In this document: positions 8,345 to 18,223 of the stretch, one piece after another
Position numbering within the stretch: the stretch's first letter is position 1
How the letters are laid out: every line of letters starts with the position of its first letter
Assembly: GCA_023245335.1 (NCBI GenBank)
Contig: JAHFKK010000001.1
Location: forward strand, 235,282 to 299,281
Origin: Candidatus Gottesmanbacteria bacterium
GTDB lineage: Bacteria > Patescibacteriota > Microgenomatia > UBA10105 > UBA927
Length of the DNA stretch: 64,000 nt
Reading direction: 5' to 3'
Translations under genes and position numbers: made by a program
The notes under the pieces: model-generated
Told to the model about the DNA's origin: nothing
What the model saw: the letters and a program-made list of their open reading frames with translations, nothing else
The model's database searches: none

Positions 8345-10007
8345 ACTCGTTGGGAAAGGAGTAGCGATATTCGCGAGTTTCATAGTTATCGGGCTTGCCG
8401 CAGTCCCGCTTTTCCATGCGGGATTGTTTCCGACGATTGATAATATTTCCGTTGTTCGGCTCGAGTCCATGGCAAAAGAATTAGGACGCGGCCAATTTCC
8501 CGTGCGTTATGCATCCGATCTCGCCCGCGGACACGGCTACATGCTGTTTAACTATTACGCGCCGCTGCCGTTTTACTCTGGGGCGTTGATCCGTCTGGCT
8601 CGGGTAAACCTGGTTGGTGCTTTGAAGCGTACGTATCTGGCTGCATTTGTTCTCGGCGGGATGGGTATATTTGCATTGTCTGCAGAATTTTTTGGCCCGC
8701 TGGGAGGGGCTGTGTCCTCTGCCTTTTATGCCTTTTCCCCGTTTATAGGATATGACATTTATTGGCGCGGCGGGCTAGGCGAAGCATGGGCAATGTCGCT
8801 TACCCCTTGGGTGTTATGGTGTATGTATCGTGGTATCCGGCGGCAAAGCCCGGGTGACGCCGTGGGTGCCGGAATTGCTTGGGCCGCGGTACTTTTGTCG
8901 CATAACCTGACGGCTTATTTGTCTTTTCCTTTTGTCGGCGTATGGGCGTTGTGGTGGATTTGGTATTTTCGCCGGTCGCTGTGGTATGGAGTAATGAGCA
9001 TCGTTTTGGGATTCGGACTGGCAGCATTTTTTTGGTTGCCTGCATTCGTCGATCGCGGACAGGTGTGGGTGAGTTATCTCCAGGCTGGGCGTGATGATTT
9101 ATTTAAAAATTTTGTGTGGGGGACGGTGCGGAACGTTTTGTTTCCGACGTTCATACCGATGATCACGAACTGGTTTGCGATATTCACGCCCCTCGTGATT
9201 TATTTCCTTGTTCGCCGATACGTCAGGGATCCGCTGCTTCGGGGAGTTGCGGGTGTATCCGCAGGCTTATTTGCCCTTGCGGCCTTTTTGGCAAGCGGTC
9301 TGTCCCGTCCTGTGTGGAGCGCTCTCTTTCCGGTGATGTATATTTTCCAATTTCCATGGCGTTTTCTCACCATGGTGACGGTGTTCGGTGCCGTTTTGGT
9401 TGGTGCGGTTGCCGTCATGCCGAAACGATACCGTTTGGCCGGCAGTGTCATCCTCATTCTCCTCGCGGTTCTCGTAAATTGGGCTAACTTTCGTCCCAAA
9501 ACGTATGAGTTTGTTGACCGATATCTCCCTGAAGATCCGTGCGGGACTAGCTGGGGATTTGAGTATATTCCCACATCGGTCAAGACATGTCTCAAAACAT
9601 CATGGGGAAAACCATACCATATAGATTCAGGAGATTTGCAGGTAACATCTTTTCACGAATCAGCAATGGGCGTGGAGCTGTCAACCGAAAGTACCATGGG
9701 AGGGACACTCCAATCGGCGCGATATTATTACCCCGCTTGGAGGGCGAGTATTGACGGCCAAACGGCGCAGATAACACCCTCATATCCAAACGGACTTATG
9801 GATGTACATGTCCCGTCGGGTTCACACACCGTACGGTTTGAACTGCGGGAGACACCCCTTCAGCGCGTGAGCACGATTATTTCGGGGGCGACCGGTATCG
9901 GAATTCTTTTGTTTGCGGGATGGGAATTGAGGCGTCTATTTGCTCGCACCAAACTATCGCGGCGGCGACCAGCGGGTAAAGCGGCGTCCGCTAAGCGCAC
10001 GGTATGA
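8328..10007 (+). CDS. YfhO-like polytopic membrane glycosyltransferase (GT-C)
   Basis: AAGGAG SD. Many TM helices, a C-terminal soluble domain with YYPAWRASIDGQ (YfhO-like YYPGW motif) and a final TM. A paralog lies at 55210..56928. Confidence 0.55.
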   Translation: MRRPGKLVGKGVAIFASFIVIGLAAVPLFHAGLFPTIDNISVVRLESMAKELGRGQFPVRYASDLARGHGYMLFNYYAPLPFYSGALIRLARVNLVGALKRTYLAAFVLGGMGIFALSAEFFGPLGGAVSSAFYAFSPFIGYDIYWRGGLGEAWAMSLTPWVLWCMYRGIRRQSPGDAVGAGIAWAAVLLSHNLTAYLSFPFVGVWALWWIWYFRRSLWYGVMSIVLGFGLAAFFWLPAFVDRGQVWVSYLQAGRDDLFKNFVWGTVRNVLFPTFIPMITNWFAIFTPLVIYFLVRRYVRDPLLRGVAGVSAGLFALAAFLASGLSRPVWSALFPVMYIFQFPWRFLTMVTVFGAVLVGAVAVMPKRYRLAGSVILILLAVLVNWANFRPKTYEFVDRYLPEDPCGTSWGFEYIPTSVKTCLKTSWGKPYHIDSGDLQVTSFHESAMGVELSTESTMGGTLQSARYYYPAWRASIDGQTAQITPSYPNGLMDVHVPSGSHTVRFELRETPLQRVSTIISGATGIGILLFAGWELRRLFARTKLSRRRPAGKAASAKRTV

Positions 10008-11089
10008 AGAGACACAAGTTGTATCTTATGATCCTCGGCATTATTGCCGCGGGTTTGGTCAGCGAAACCGTTCTAAGAATAGCGCACCTAACCCCCGTCC
10101 TCATCAACGAAGAATTGTTATACAGTCAGGATAAACGCATAGATCCGTCGTATATATTCACTAAGAAAAATTTTTCCATCCATCGAACGGACAATGCGTT
10201 TCATGTCGTGACCCTCGGTGATTCTTATACGGAAAAAGACCTGTGGGCACACGACGGGATCACAAGTTATCCGGAATTACTTCAGCAAATGCTTAGTGCT
10301 CGGAGTCCCGCAGTTGAAATACTGAACTATGGCGTAGGAGGAACGGGACCAGATCAGGAACTCCGGTACTTTATCGATCATATTCTTCCCACAAATCCCG
10401 ACCTGGTCATTTGGCAGTTATATGCAAATGACATAGAAGACAACATCGAAGAGCCCGTCTATGACATACAAAACGGCCGGCTTAAACCTATAGACGCGCG
10501 TACGAACTGGATGTATATGAGGCAAATCCTATACTCCCTTGCCCCTTGGAAACCACTCATGATGCATTCCTACGTGTTTAAGGCGGTGCTTTCTGCATTT
10601 CAGGTCACGTGGTTTGCTCACGTACCCGAGGTCTACCGCAATGACCCGACGCGTTGGGCGACGGATAAGCTGGCTTTGGAAGTGCAAACGATGAATACAT
10701 TAGCTTTTGCATATCATTTTCGCGTGTTCTATGTGCTTATCCCTCCGGAGTCACAGTACATAAGTGAGAGCCAGGTGGCGGCAAAACACATAAGTCCCCA
10801 TGCGGCAAAATACCATGACATGATTGCGGGTATCATAAAAAATGATCCGTCGTATATACCGATTGATTTTGGGGTCGAGATGGTTTCCCATGGTTTGGTT
10901 CCCGAAGGGGATACGGTGAGCCGCGAAGTTCTGCGGTCCGTCTATTTAGGAGGAGTAGATAAGAATGAGGAAGGGGACAAACATCTCACTCAACTTGGTC
11001 ATCAGTTAATAGCAGATGAGCTTATGCAGCGTATACAGCAGTACTTACCCGCCGCGCCGCTCGACATGGGGAATGGATCCTTCCGCTGA
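10004..11089 (+). CDS. SGNH/GDSL-type hydrolase
   Basis: VVTLGDSYTE (catalytic Ser block) and GVGGTGPD (block II). Confidence 0.6.
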   Translation: MKRHKLYLMILGIIAAGLVSETVLRIAHLTPVLINEELLYSQDKRIDPSYIFTKKNFSIHRTDNAFHVVTLGDSYTEKDLWAHDGITSYPELLQQMLSARSPAVEILNYGVGGTGPDQELRYFIDHILPTNPDLVIWQLYANDIEDNIEEPVYDIQNGRLKPIDARTNWMYMRQILYSLAPWKPLMMHSYVFKAVLSAFQVTWFAHVPEVYRNDPTRWATDKLALEVQTMNTLAFAYHFRVFYVLIPPESQYISESQVAAKHISPHAAKYHDMIAGIIKNDPSYIPIDFGVEMVSHGLVPEGDTVSREVLRSVYLGGVDKNEEGDKHLTQLGHQLIADELMQRIQQYLPAAPLDMGNGSFR

Positions 11090-11698
11090 TATGATATGGC
11101 GGGTGTCAAGGAGTTTGCCTTCCGAACTCACTCGTAGGACGAGCGCTTCTCCTTTGTCGACCGTTTGGTCTACGCCCGGCGCACCATATTCTCCTACCGT
11201 CAGGTAATGCATGATCATGCCGATGATTTCTCCGTGGGTAACGATCGCGATTGTTTCCGTCTTGTGTGAATCGAGAATACGTTTGTATTCCGATATGACC
11301 CGCGTATACGCGCTTGGGAGTGTTTCACCGTGTACGTCGGGCAAGTAGGGATTGTCGGCAAAATAGTTCCCCCCGACGCTTCCGAGTTCGGATTGCGGAC
11401 GATGATCCCATTGCGGGGTGCGGGCGCCGTTAAATTTTTCGTCCGGGATGACTGGCGGGTGATCGGGAAGCGCTTTATGAAGGAGATCGGCAGTCTGATA
11501 AGCCCGTGTGTACAAACTCGATATTATGAGTTGAGGTTGTATTCCCTGATGCTTCATTTGTTCAGCAAGGAGGATGCCTTGGTGGATGCCGCGGTCGCTA
11601 AGTGGTTCGTGCGGTCCGTAATTTCTGGGGATGCCGGTTCCTACGGCGGGTAAGTCAACAGCCCCGTGTCTGATGAGAAGGACGGTTCTTCCTTCCAT
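11045..11698 (-). CDS. histidine phosphatase family protein (phosphoglycerate mutase-like)
   Basis: N-terminal LLIRHGA (RHG catalytic motif). Confidence 0.65.
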   Translation of the reverse strand: MEGRTVLLIRHGAVDLPAVGTGIPRNYGPHEPLSDRGIHQGILLAEQMKHQGIQPQLIISSLYTRAYQTADLLHKALPDHPPVIPDEKFNGARTPQWDHRPQSELGSVGGNYFADNPYLPDVHGETLPSAYTRVISEYKRILDSHKTETIAIVTHGEIIGMIMHYLTVGEYGAPGVDQTVDKGEALVLRVSSEGKLLDTRHIISAEGSIPHVERRGG

Positions 11699-11748
11699 AC
11701 ACCCTATATTATATCAAACTATATCAAGTAATCTGCTATAATAGAGTT

Positions 11749-12318
11749 ATGAAACAAACACACCTCACCAATCTCGTCTATGAAGCGGCGACAGTAAAAA
11801 GGATGCTTCGAACCGGGTGGCAGATCTTGGGAGATAACGAAGAGAATGTCGGCGAACACACCTTCATGACGTGCGTGATCGCATACTTCCTCGCAAAAGA
11901 GTTGAAAGCCAATATGGAAACGGTTTTGGTCATGAGTGTGTTTCATGATTTTCATGAGGCGCGAACCGGGGAACTGGATAAACTGGCAAAAATCTATACG
12001 GCGCGAGACGAGGGGAAAGCAAATAAGGATATCTTCGCGGGCGTCGATGATGAACTCCTTACGCTTCTTACGACATACGAAGAGAAGAAGACTATAGAGG
12101 CGCAGATCGCCTACGAGGCAAACGTCATAGCATTTTCCATCGAAGTGCGGCTCCTTATGGAAAAGGGAAATATCCACGCGAAGGAATGGATGGAAGCCAA
12201 TAACAGCAGATTGAGACTCCCGCAGTCCGTAGCGCTTGCTAAAGACCTCGCCGAAACGGATTCGCAGAACTGGTGGAAAAGTATACGGAAAACCATCCAC
12301 GAAGAATTTGCGAAGTGA
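11749..12318 (+). CDS. HD-domain phosphohydrolase, YfbR-like 5'-deoxynucleotidase
   Basis: EHT...VFHDFHEARTGEL. A TATAAT sits 9 nt upstream of the ATG. Confidence 0.65.
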   Translation: MKQTHLTNLVYEAATVKRMLRTGWQILGDNEENVGEHTFMTCVIAYFLAKELKANMETVLVMSVFHDFHEARTGELDKLAKIYTARDEGKANKDIFAGVDDELLTLLTTYEEKKTIEAQIAYEANVIAFSIEVRLLMEKGNIHAKEWMEANNSRLRLPQSVALAKDLAETDSQNWWKSIRKTIHEEFAK

Positions 12319-12319
12319 T

Positions 12320-13240
12320 TCAGTTTTCTTGCGCAAACAGTAATCCGGCAAGTTTGCGAGACACGTGCTGCCCCGTAGCTATAAGTACCCCGACGACAAT
12401 GAAAAGGCTTCCGATAAAATATGCCAGCGTGAAATGCTCCCCGAGGATTGCGGCATTTATACCGATGCCGATGACGAGCTGCACATATTCTTTGAGTGAT
12501 GCGGTGGACGCTGATACGTGCTGGACGCCCCACTGGAAAAGAAAGTACGTGACGACGGTAAGAATAATCGCGGCAAACAACATCGTTCCGAGGTAGGAGG
12601 GCGTCGCGAATGGAGGAACGTAAAATGATTGCCGCGTGATAAGCGCCGCAAGTGCGGAGGATACCGCACACGCAAAAAAGTTCATCGATGTCGAAAGAAC
12701 CGGTGAGTATTTTCCTTTGGAAAGGATGAATCTGGAATACACGATATACGACGACCAGCTTAAAAGGCTCCCGACTTCAAGCAAGTTTCCGGTGAGTGTT
12801 CCCCCGAGTGCTTGCCCCTGCACGAGAATCGGTAAAAGTACGATAAACAAAGCTCCTACTAACCCCAACGAAATACCGAGCGCTTTTTGTTTGGAAACAG
12901 TTTCATGAATTAGAATATAAGAAAGTACGGTGGTGACGATGGGGACGGCCGTACCCAAAATGATGATCGTGTTTGCCGTGGTGCGTGCGGCACCCGTGTA
13001 GTAGAAAAGCACGTTGAGGGAATTAAATAACCCAAGGGGAAGAAGCGCCCGAAAAAATCCTTTTGGTTTTTTCTCTTTCAAAAAGAAAGGCAAAAGAATG
13101 ACCGATGCTATGCCGAACCGATAGAACGCGACAATAAACGGATCGGTGCGGGCAACGAGGATCTTGGCGACGGTTCCGGCGCTCGCCCAAAGAACGGCCG
13201 CTATAAAGATCGCGAGAAGCGCCTTCGTTTTTACCTGCAT
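12320..13240 (-). CDS. DMT-superfamily (EamA-like) transporter
   Basis: 10 TM in two EamA-like halves. Confidence 0.65.
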   Translation of the reverse strand: MQVKTKALLAIFIAAVLWASAGTVAKILVARTDPFIVAFYRFGIASVILLPFFLKEKKPKGFFRALLPLGLFNSLNVLFYYTGAARTTANTIIILGTAVPIVTTVLSYILIHETVSKQKALGISLGLVGALFIVLLPILVQGQALGGTLTGNLLEVGSLLSWSSYIVYSRFILSKGKYSPVLSTSMNFFACAVSSALAALITRQSFYVPPFATPSYLGTMLFAAIILTVVTYFLFQWGVQHVSASTASLKEYVQLVIGIGINAAILGEHFTLAYFIGSLFIVVGVLIATGQHVSRKLAGLLFAQEN

Positions 13241-13296
13241 TACAGCCCATTATAGCATTCTAGTCATCTCGAAAGATGATATAATTGTCCTGATGT

Positions 13297-13548
13297 ATGT
13301 GGTATGTCTACGTATTAAGAAGTGCTAAGGATGGAAAGTTATATACAGGTAAGACGGCGGATTTGAGGCAACGGGTGGGAAAGCACTATCGGGGAGAGGT
13401 TCTTGCTACAAAATCTCGAAGACCGTTGGAATTAATTTATTACGAAGCGTTTAAAAATAGAACTGATTGTGGTAGAGAAGAGTTATATTTAAAGTCAGGT
13501 ATCGGCAGAGAGTCGTTGAAGCATCGATTAGTATACAATACATCATAA
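13297..13548 (+). CDS. GIY-YIG nuclease family protein (UPF0213-like stand-alone GIY-YIG)
   Basis: VYVLRS..GKLYTGKTADLRQRVGKH...RRPLELIY. Confidence 0.7.
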   Translation: MWYVYVLRSAKDGKLYTGKTADLRQRVGKHYRGEVLATKSRRPLELIYYEAFKNRTDCGREELYLKSGIGRESLKHRLVYNTS

Positions 13549-13567
13549 AATTTTTTGATGGTGTGGT

Positions 13568-13598
13568 CGCCTCTAACGGCGACCCGCCGTTAGAGGCG
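13568..13598 (+). other. perfect 14-bp inverted repeat (loop ACC) abutting the 5' end of tRNA-Ser
   Basis: CGCCTCTAACGGCG-ACC-CGCCGTTAGAGGCG; no T-run follows. Confidence 0.6.
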
Positions 13599-13686
13599 GG
13601 AAGGGTCGCATAGTTGGTCTAGTGCGCATCTTTGGAGAAGATGTATCGGCGCAAGCTGATCGCGGGTTCGAATCCCGCCCCTTCCG
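13599..13686 (+). tRNA. tRNA-Ser (anticodon GGA), type II, CCA not encoded
   Basis: Acceptor GGAAGGG/CCCTTCC, anticodon arm CATCT-TTGGAGA-AGATG, long variable arm, T arm GCGGG-TTCGAAT-CCCGC. Confidence 0.75.
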
Positions 13687-13764
13687 CAGAAGGTCTTCGG
13701 TTGCTCCAAGACCCGTCTACTATGCTTGATTAGATTGATGGGGCTTGCTAAAAATGAGTAAAAA

Positions 13765-13902
13765 CCTTAAGTATTCCTTGATTTTTGTTGTATGTTTTCT
13801 TGCTGGGTTTGTTGACCGCGTTGCATCACAAAGAATAACCCTGTACCCAAAACGAGAATAACAATTACACCTGCTACAACATAAGACATCTTCATGCTAC
13901 TC
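13765..13902 (-). CDS. small hydrophobic peptide (about 42-46 aa, single TM), below the ORF-track size cutoff
   Basis: MSSMKMSYVVAGVIVILVLGTGLFFVMQRGQQTQQENIQQKSRNT. Same strand as, and immediately downstream of, the ABC permease. Confidence 0.3.
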
Positions 13903-13936
13903 ATGCTAATGAGGCGATATCAAAATAACCTTAATA

Positions 13937-15151
13937 CTATTCGTAGCGTAATGCGTCTATAGGAGAAAGTTTTGCTGCTTTTTGGGCTGGGTACAAACCA
14001 AATATGACACCAATGAGTGTGGAAACACCGACTGCAAGCAGTATTGAGTTTATTTGAAAAATATAAGGAATACTGATAAATTTAGCAACCACAAACGCAA
14101 GCAATTCACCGAGAATGATACCGGCGATTCCTCCCGAAGCTGTTAAGACGATTGATTCGATAAGAAATTGAATTAAGATATCTTTTTTTTCTGCACCAAT
14201 CGACTTTAACAACCCTATTTCCTTCGTTCTTTCAGTTACAGTAACCATCATAATATTCATGATGCCTATTCCTCCAACAACGAGTGATATACCTGCAATG
14301 CCAGCTAGCATGGCAGTTAATGTCGTGGTGACACTGCTTAATGTCGATTGTGTATCTTTTGACGTACTAATACTAAAATCAGCTGTGCCACCATCAGCTA
14401 TTTTATGCCGATCCATTAACGTGGTTTTTACCACATCGCTTACAGCATCAACTTTGGTTGAATCGTCAGTAACAAGCTGAATGGAGTTGACATAATTCTG
14501 TCCACTTAAAATTTGCATCATTGTGGTTACGGGGATATACACTGCGTCATCCGGATTGGAAAACCCACTGCTTCCTTTTGATTTTGTCACACCAACAACT
14601 CGAAATACTTTTCCATCAATAGTAATGTTTTGATTAATTGCTTCAGCAGTTGAATCTTCACCAAATAAATCTTTGACTACATTGGGACCAAGAATGGCTA
14701 CTTTTGCTACTCCTTGTTCATCTTCTTTTTCAAAAAATGACCCTTGGTCGATTGTAATAGCTTGTGCCGTAGGATATGCAAACGATACTCCTTGAACTAT
14801 GGAGTTTTTGTTTTGCCCATTCCCAATTAATTGATAGTTTTTTTGAACTACTCCAGAAACGGCTGCAACATTGTTTAGACTCTGTAATGCATTCGCATCA
14901 TCTAACGTTAATGTCGTGACATTTCCACTTTGTACCGGTCCTCGTTGTCCTGTCCCGGGGCTAATTGTAATCAAATTAGAACCCAGCGAAGAGATTGATG
15001 ATGTTATTGATGATGTTGCCCCCTGAGCTAAGGCAATAATAAGAATAACCGAGGCGATACCAATTATGATACCAAGCATCGTAAGCGATGTTCGCAAGAT
15101 GTTTGCTCTCAATGCTTGTATGGCGGTGATAAATAATTCTGAGTAGTTCAT
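13937..15151 (-). CDS. ABC transporter permease, MacB/FtsX type
   Basis: N-terminal TM, large periplasmic domain, C-terminal FtsX-like 3 TM. ATGA overlap with the ATPase gene. Confidence 0.75.
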   Translation of the reverse strand: MNYSELFITAIQALRANILRTSLTMLGIIIGIASVILIIALAQGATSSITSSISSLGSNLITISPGTGQRGPVQSGNVTTLTLDDANALQSLNNVAAVSGVVQKNYQLIGNGQNKNSIVQGVSFAYPTAQAITIDQGSFFEKEDEQGVAKVAILGPNVVKDLFGEDSTAEAINQNITIDGKVFRVVGVTKSKGSSGFSNPDDAVYIPVTTMMQILSGQNYVNSIQLVTDDSTKVDAVSDVVKTTLMDRHKIADGGTADFSISTSKDTQSTLSSVTTTLTAMLAGIAGISLVVGGIGIMNIMMVTVTERTKEIGLLKSIGAEKKDILIQFLIESIVLTASGGIAGIILGELLAFVVAKFISIPYIFQINSILLAVGVSTLIGVIFGLYPAQKAAKLSPIDALRYE

Positions 15152-15867
15152 ATTGGTTGTTGTTTTTCTCTTACTTGTTTATTTGGCTTGTCCGAAAGAA
15201 TCAAACCATCTTTTAGTGAAATAGTTCTTTTTGTAAAAGCTGCTATGTCTGATTCGTGAGTAATAACCACTATTGTTTTACCGCGATCATTCATTTCCTG
15301 TAAAAAAGACATAACTTCATGCGAAGTTTTACTATCTAAGTTTCCTGTTGGTTCATCGGCGAGTATTAGGGTCGGGTTCATCACTAAGGCTCTGGCGATC
15401 GCTACCCGTTGAATTTGTCCACCTGAAAGCTGGTTAGACATATTTTGAGCTTTTTCTTTAATGTGCACCAAATCCAAGACATCAAAGGCTCTTTTTTCTC
15501 GATCCGTAAAAGGAACTTTACCGTACATCATTGGTCGTTCTACGTTCTTTAAAACAGTTGTGCGGGGAAGAAGATTAAATGATTGAAAAACAAATCCAAT
15601 ACGTTGATTCCGAATTTTTGATAATTGATCGTCGGTGTATTTACTAATCTCTGTTCCGTCCAAGTAGTATTGACCTGTTGTAGGAGTGTCCAATGCACCC
15701 ATAATATGCATTGCTGTTGATTTGCCAGACCCAGAAGGCCCCATAATAGCAACGAATTCACCCTCATATATATCAATATTTATACCTTTTAAGGCTTGAT
15801 AATCAGTCTCACCTAAATGATAGGATTTTGTAATATTTTGTAATTGAATAACTGGTTTTTTGCTCAT
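15148..15867 (-). CDS. ABC transporter ATP-binding protein (MacB/LolD-like)
   Basis: Walker A GPSGSGKST, signature LSGGQIQRVAIARAL, Walker B ILADEPTGNLD. Confidence 0.85.
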   Translation of the reverse strand: MSKKPVIQLQNITKSYHLGETDYQALKGINIDIYEGEFVAIMGPSGSGKSTAMHIMGALDTPTTGQYYLDGTEISKYTDDQLSKIRNQRIGFVFQSFNLLPRTTVLKNVERPMMYGKVPFTDREKRAFDVLDLVHIKEKAQNMSNQLSGGQIQRVAIARALVMNPTLILADEPTGNLDSKTSHEVMSFLQEMNDRGKTIVVITHESDIAAFTKRTISLKDGLILSDKPNKQVREKQQPI

Positions 15868-15875
15868 AGTACATA

Positions 15876-17156
15876 TTAATTTCCTGGCGGTCCACCAAGA
15901 ATTCCTCCACTTTTAGCTGTCGTTGAGGTAGTTCCTGTGCCGGTAACTACCTCTGTGCCTTCGGTTACACCTTCGAGTATTTCGGTATTGTTTGTACTTT
16001 TAATACCGACTTTTACCTGAATATATTTCAACTGACTACCTGGCTTACTGGTATCCTTTACCTGTACGGCTTTCCCTCCTTTATAGGGTTTAACCGCGCT
16101 ATTAGGTACTACCAACGCATTTTCATGCTTCGTTGTTTGAATAACTACTACAGCGCTCATAAGTGGCTTAATCTGTTTATCGGGGTCAGTAATTTTGACA
16201 TACACATTGTATGTAATAACTCCTGAAGTATCGGTGCCATAATCATCGACGCGCGTCACCTCGCCTTTAAACGTCTTATCTTTTATGGCGCTAATCGTCA
16301 CCGTTGCCTCTTGTCCGACTTTAATATTGTCTATATTAACTTCGTTTATCTGGATTTTTACCGTATATTCTTTCGCGGTGCCTATAACCAGAATTGGAGA
16401 AGCGCTTGTATCGGTATTGGAACCACTCGTATTCATCGCGGCGGTAACCTGATCTCCCACGTTATAGGCAAGATTTGAGATTGTGCCTGATACCTGAGCA
16501 GTTATTACGGCATCCTGAGTTTCCTGATAGCTGAGCCACGCACTGTTTAGCGACGCTTGTGCCTGACTTATCGCTGTTTGCTGATCTTTGTATTTGGCTT
16601 CTGCAGTAAACCAGTTTTCCTGCGCCGTAATAAATTCTGCAAGCTCACGGTTTGTTGTGTTTGGCGACCCGTCGGAATTTTCGTATGTGGAATTGGAGGC
16701 TAAATTTTTATAGGTATTCCACGCTGTATACATAGATGACCGCAAAGAGTGATCCGTCGACTGGGAAGAGTTTAGCGTGGCTTGTGCAGAAAGATAGTTG
16801 GCATACGCACTAGCTTTATCCTGATCCGAAGCCGTTGACTTAACCTTAAATAATTTATCCCCTTTTTGTACCGTTTGACCGTTTTCAACATAGAGCTCTT
16901 CAATGACACCATTTGAAACTGAGTAAACCGTAAGCTGATTTGATTGAACATTTCCGCTCTCGCTAACAGTATCGACAATCGTAGCCTTTTTGACCGTGTA
17001 AGTGGTAACTTGTTGTTGTTTATTGCCTGCTAATAACGGTCCCGATATGAGAAAGATAAGAACTCCTGCTACCACGACGACGATGATTTTCTTCTTGAGT
17101 GAAAATGATTGAAACCACCCAAAAATATTTTTTATCTTACCGATTATATTATTCAT
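15876..17156 (-). CDS. efflux periplasmic adaptor (HlyD/MacA-like membrane fusion protein)
   Basis: N-terminal TM, a long Q/A/S-rich coiled region, and beta-barrel/lipoyl-like ends. Confidence 0.65.
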   Translation of the reverse strand: MNNIIGKIKNIFGWFQSFSLKKKIIVVVVAGVLIFLISGPLLAGNKQQQVTTYTVKKATIVDTVSESGNVQSNQLTVYSVSNGVIEELYVENGQTVQKGDKLFKVKSTASDQDKASAYANYLSAQATLNSSQSTDHSLRSSMYTAWNTYKNLASNSTYENSDGSPNTTNRELAEFITAQENWFTAEAKYKDQQTAISQAQASLNSAWLSYQETQDAVITAQVSGTISNLAYNVGDQVTAAMNTSGSNTDTSASPILVIGTAKEYTVKIQINEVNIDNIKVGQEATVTISAIKDKTFKGEVTRVDDYGTDTSGVITYNVYVKITDPDKQIKPLMSAVVVIQTTKHENALVVPNSAVKPYKGGKAVQVKDTSKPGSQLKYIQVKVGIKSTNNTEILEGVTEGTEVVTGTGTTSTTAKSGGILGGPPGN

Positions 17157-17214
17157 ATATACATGTTATAAACTGAATCTTAAATAAACCTTAACGAAAA
17201 ATGCTGTATTTGTT

Positions 17215-18222
17215 TCACGACTCATAAGGAAGTGATACAGTAAACGTACTGCCTTGAGAGAGTAAGCTTTCAACTGATATCTGACCATTGTGCTTTTGGA
17301 CGATAAGCCTAGCGATCGCCAACCCAAGTCCGTACCCAGTTATGCCATGTCGAGATCGCGATCTATCGGTACGATAAAAACGATCAAATACAAATTTTTG
17401 CTCTTCTTTGGTTATTCCAACTCCTTGATCGACTACCTTTAACAGTATAGTATTTTTTGAAATCTTTGAGTGCAGAGAAATGACTTTATTTGAGTCGCTA
17501 TATTTGGCTGCATTTTCAAGCAATATGGTAAGCAACCGTATTAAACTTAGTTTTTCTCCATATATTTTTATGTCTTGGAATTGATTGTCGACTGCTATAT
17601 GTTTTTGTTGAAGAATAGGGGCGACGTTTGTAATCGCTTTTTCTGAAATATCTAAGAGGCTGTTCTGAGTGAAGTGAACAATATACTTACTTCTTTCATA
17701 TTTATTTAGTTCGAGTAAATCATTTGCCAAGTTCTGTAATTGTATAATTTCGGTCAGACTGCTTTTTAGTACTTTGTTGGCTTCCTGACCAATTTCCTTA
17801 TTCATCGATGCGACTTCAAGACCTGTTCGGATAACAGTTATTGGGGCTCGCAATTCATGTGAAGCGTCGGAAATAAACCTGCTTTGCTCATCGACCATCA
17901 TCTCTACTGGTTTCAATGATTTTCCAGCCAAAATATACCCAGCAACACCAGAGACAAGAAACAGTGCACCGTTAACGAGTATCAAAGTTATTCTTATTCT
18001 ACCCAGTAGCGTTTCCGGTGTTACATTATTGGAATCGGAAAATGGGGGCTCTAGCATTTGAGTCATTAGCTGAGGATTTTGTTTCCTAAATTCTTCGATT
18101 CTGGAAAATTTCCTAATTGGGATTGATACCCCAATGTAGATGAATACGCTAAAAATAATACTCACTACGAGTGTTATAAGAACATACCAACCTGTTAAAA
18201 TATACCGCGTTCTTTGAAACAT
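17215..18222 (-). CDS. sensor histidine kinase
   Basis: H box DASHELRAPITVI plus HATPase motifs. The start was set to the first ATG; the ORF-track start is a TTG. One nt separates it from the response regulator stop. Confidence 0.75.
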   Translation of the reverse strand: MFQRTRYILTGWYVLITLVVSIIFSVFIYIGVSIPIRKFSRIEEFRKQNPQLMTQMLEPPFSDSNNVTPETLLGRIRITLILVNGALFLVSGVAGYILAGKSLKPVEMMVDEQSRFISDASHELRAPITVIRTGLEVASMNKEIGQEANKVLKSSLTEIIQLQNLANDLLELNKYERSKYIVHFTQNSLLDISEKAITNVAPILQQKHIAVDNQFQDIKIYGEKLSLIRLLTILLENAAKYSDSNKVISLHSKISKNTILLKVVDQGVGITKEEQKFVFDRFYRTDRSRSRHGITGYGLGLAIARLIVQKHNGQISVESLLSQGSTFTVSLPYES

Positions 18223-18223
18223 A

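Noticed and set aside
9116-9595. Antisense and overlapping ORFs inside the YfhO-like gene. Likewise 26187..27295 inside typA, 30344..30914 inside the sulfatase-like gene, 32080..33265 inside the beta-helix gene, and 40438..41598 inside the permease.
   Set aside because: All overlap well-supported genes on the opposite strand or in another frame and lack motifs. Treated as spurious shadow ORFs.
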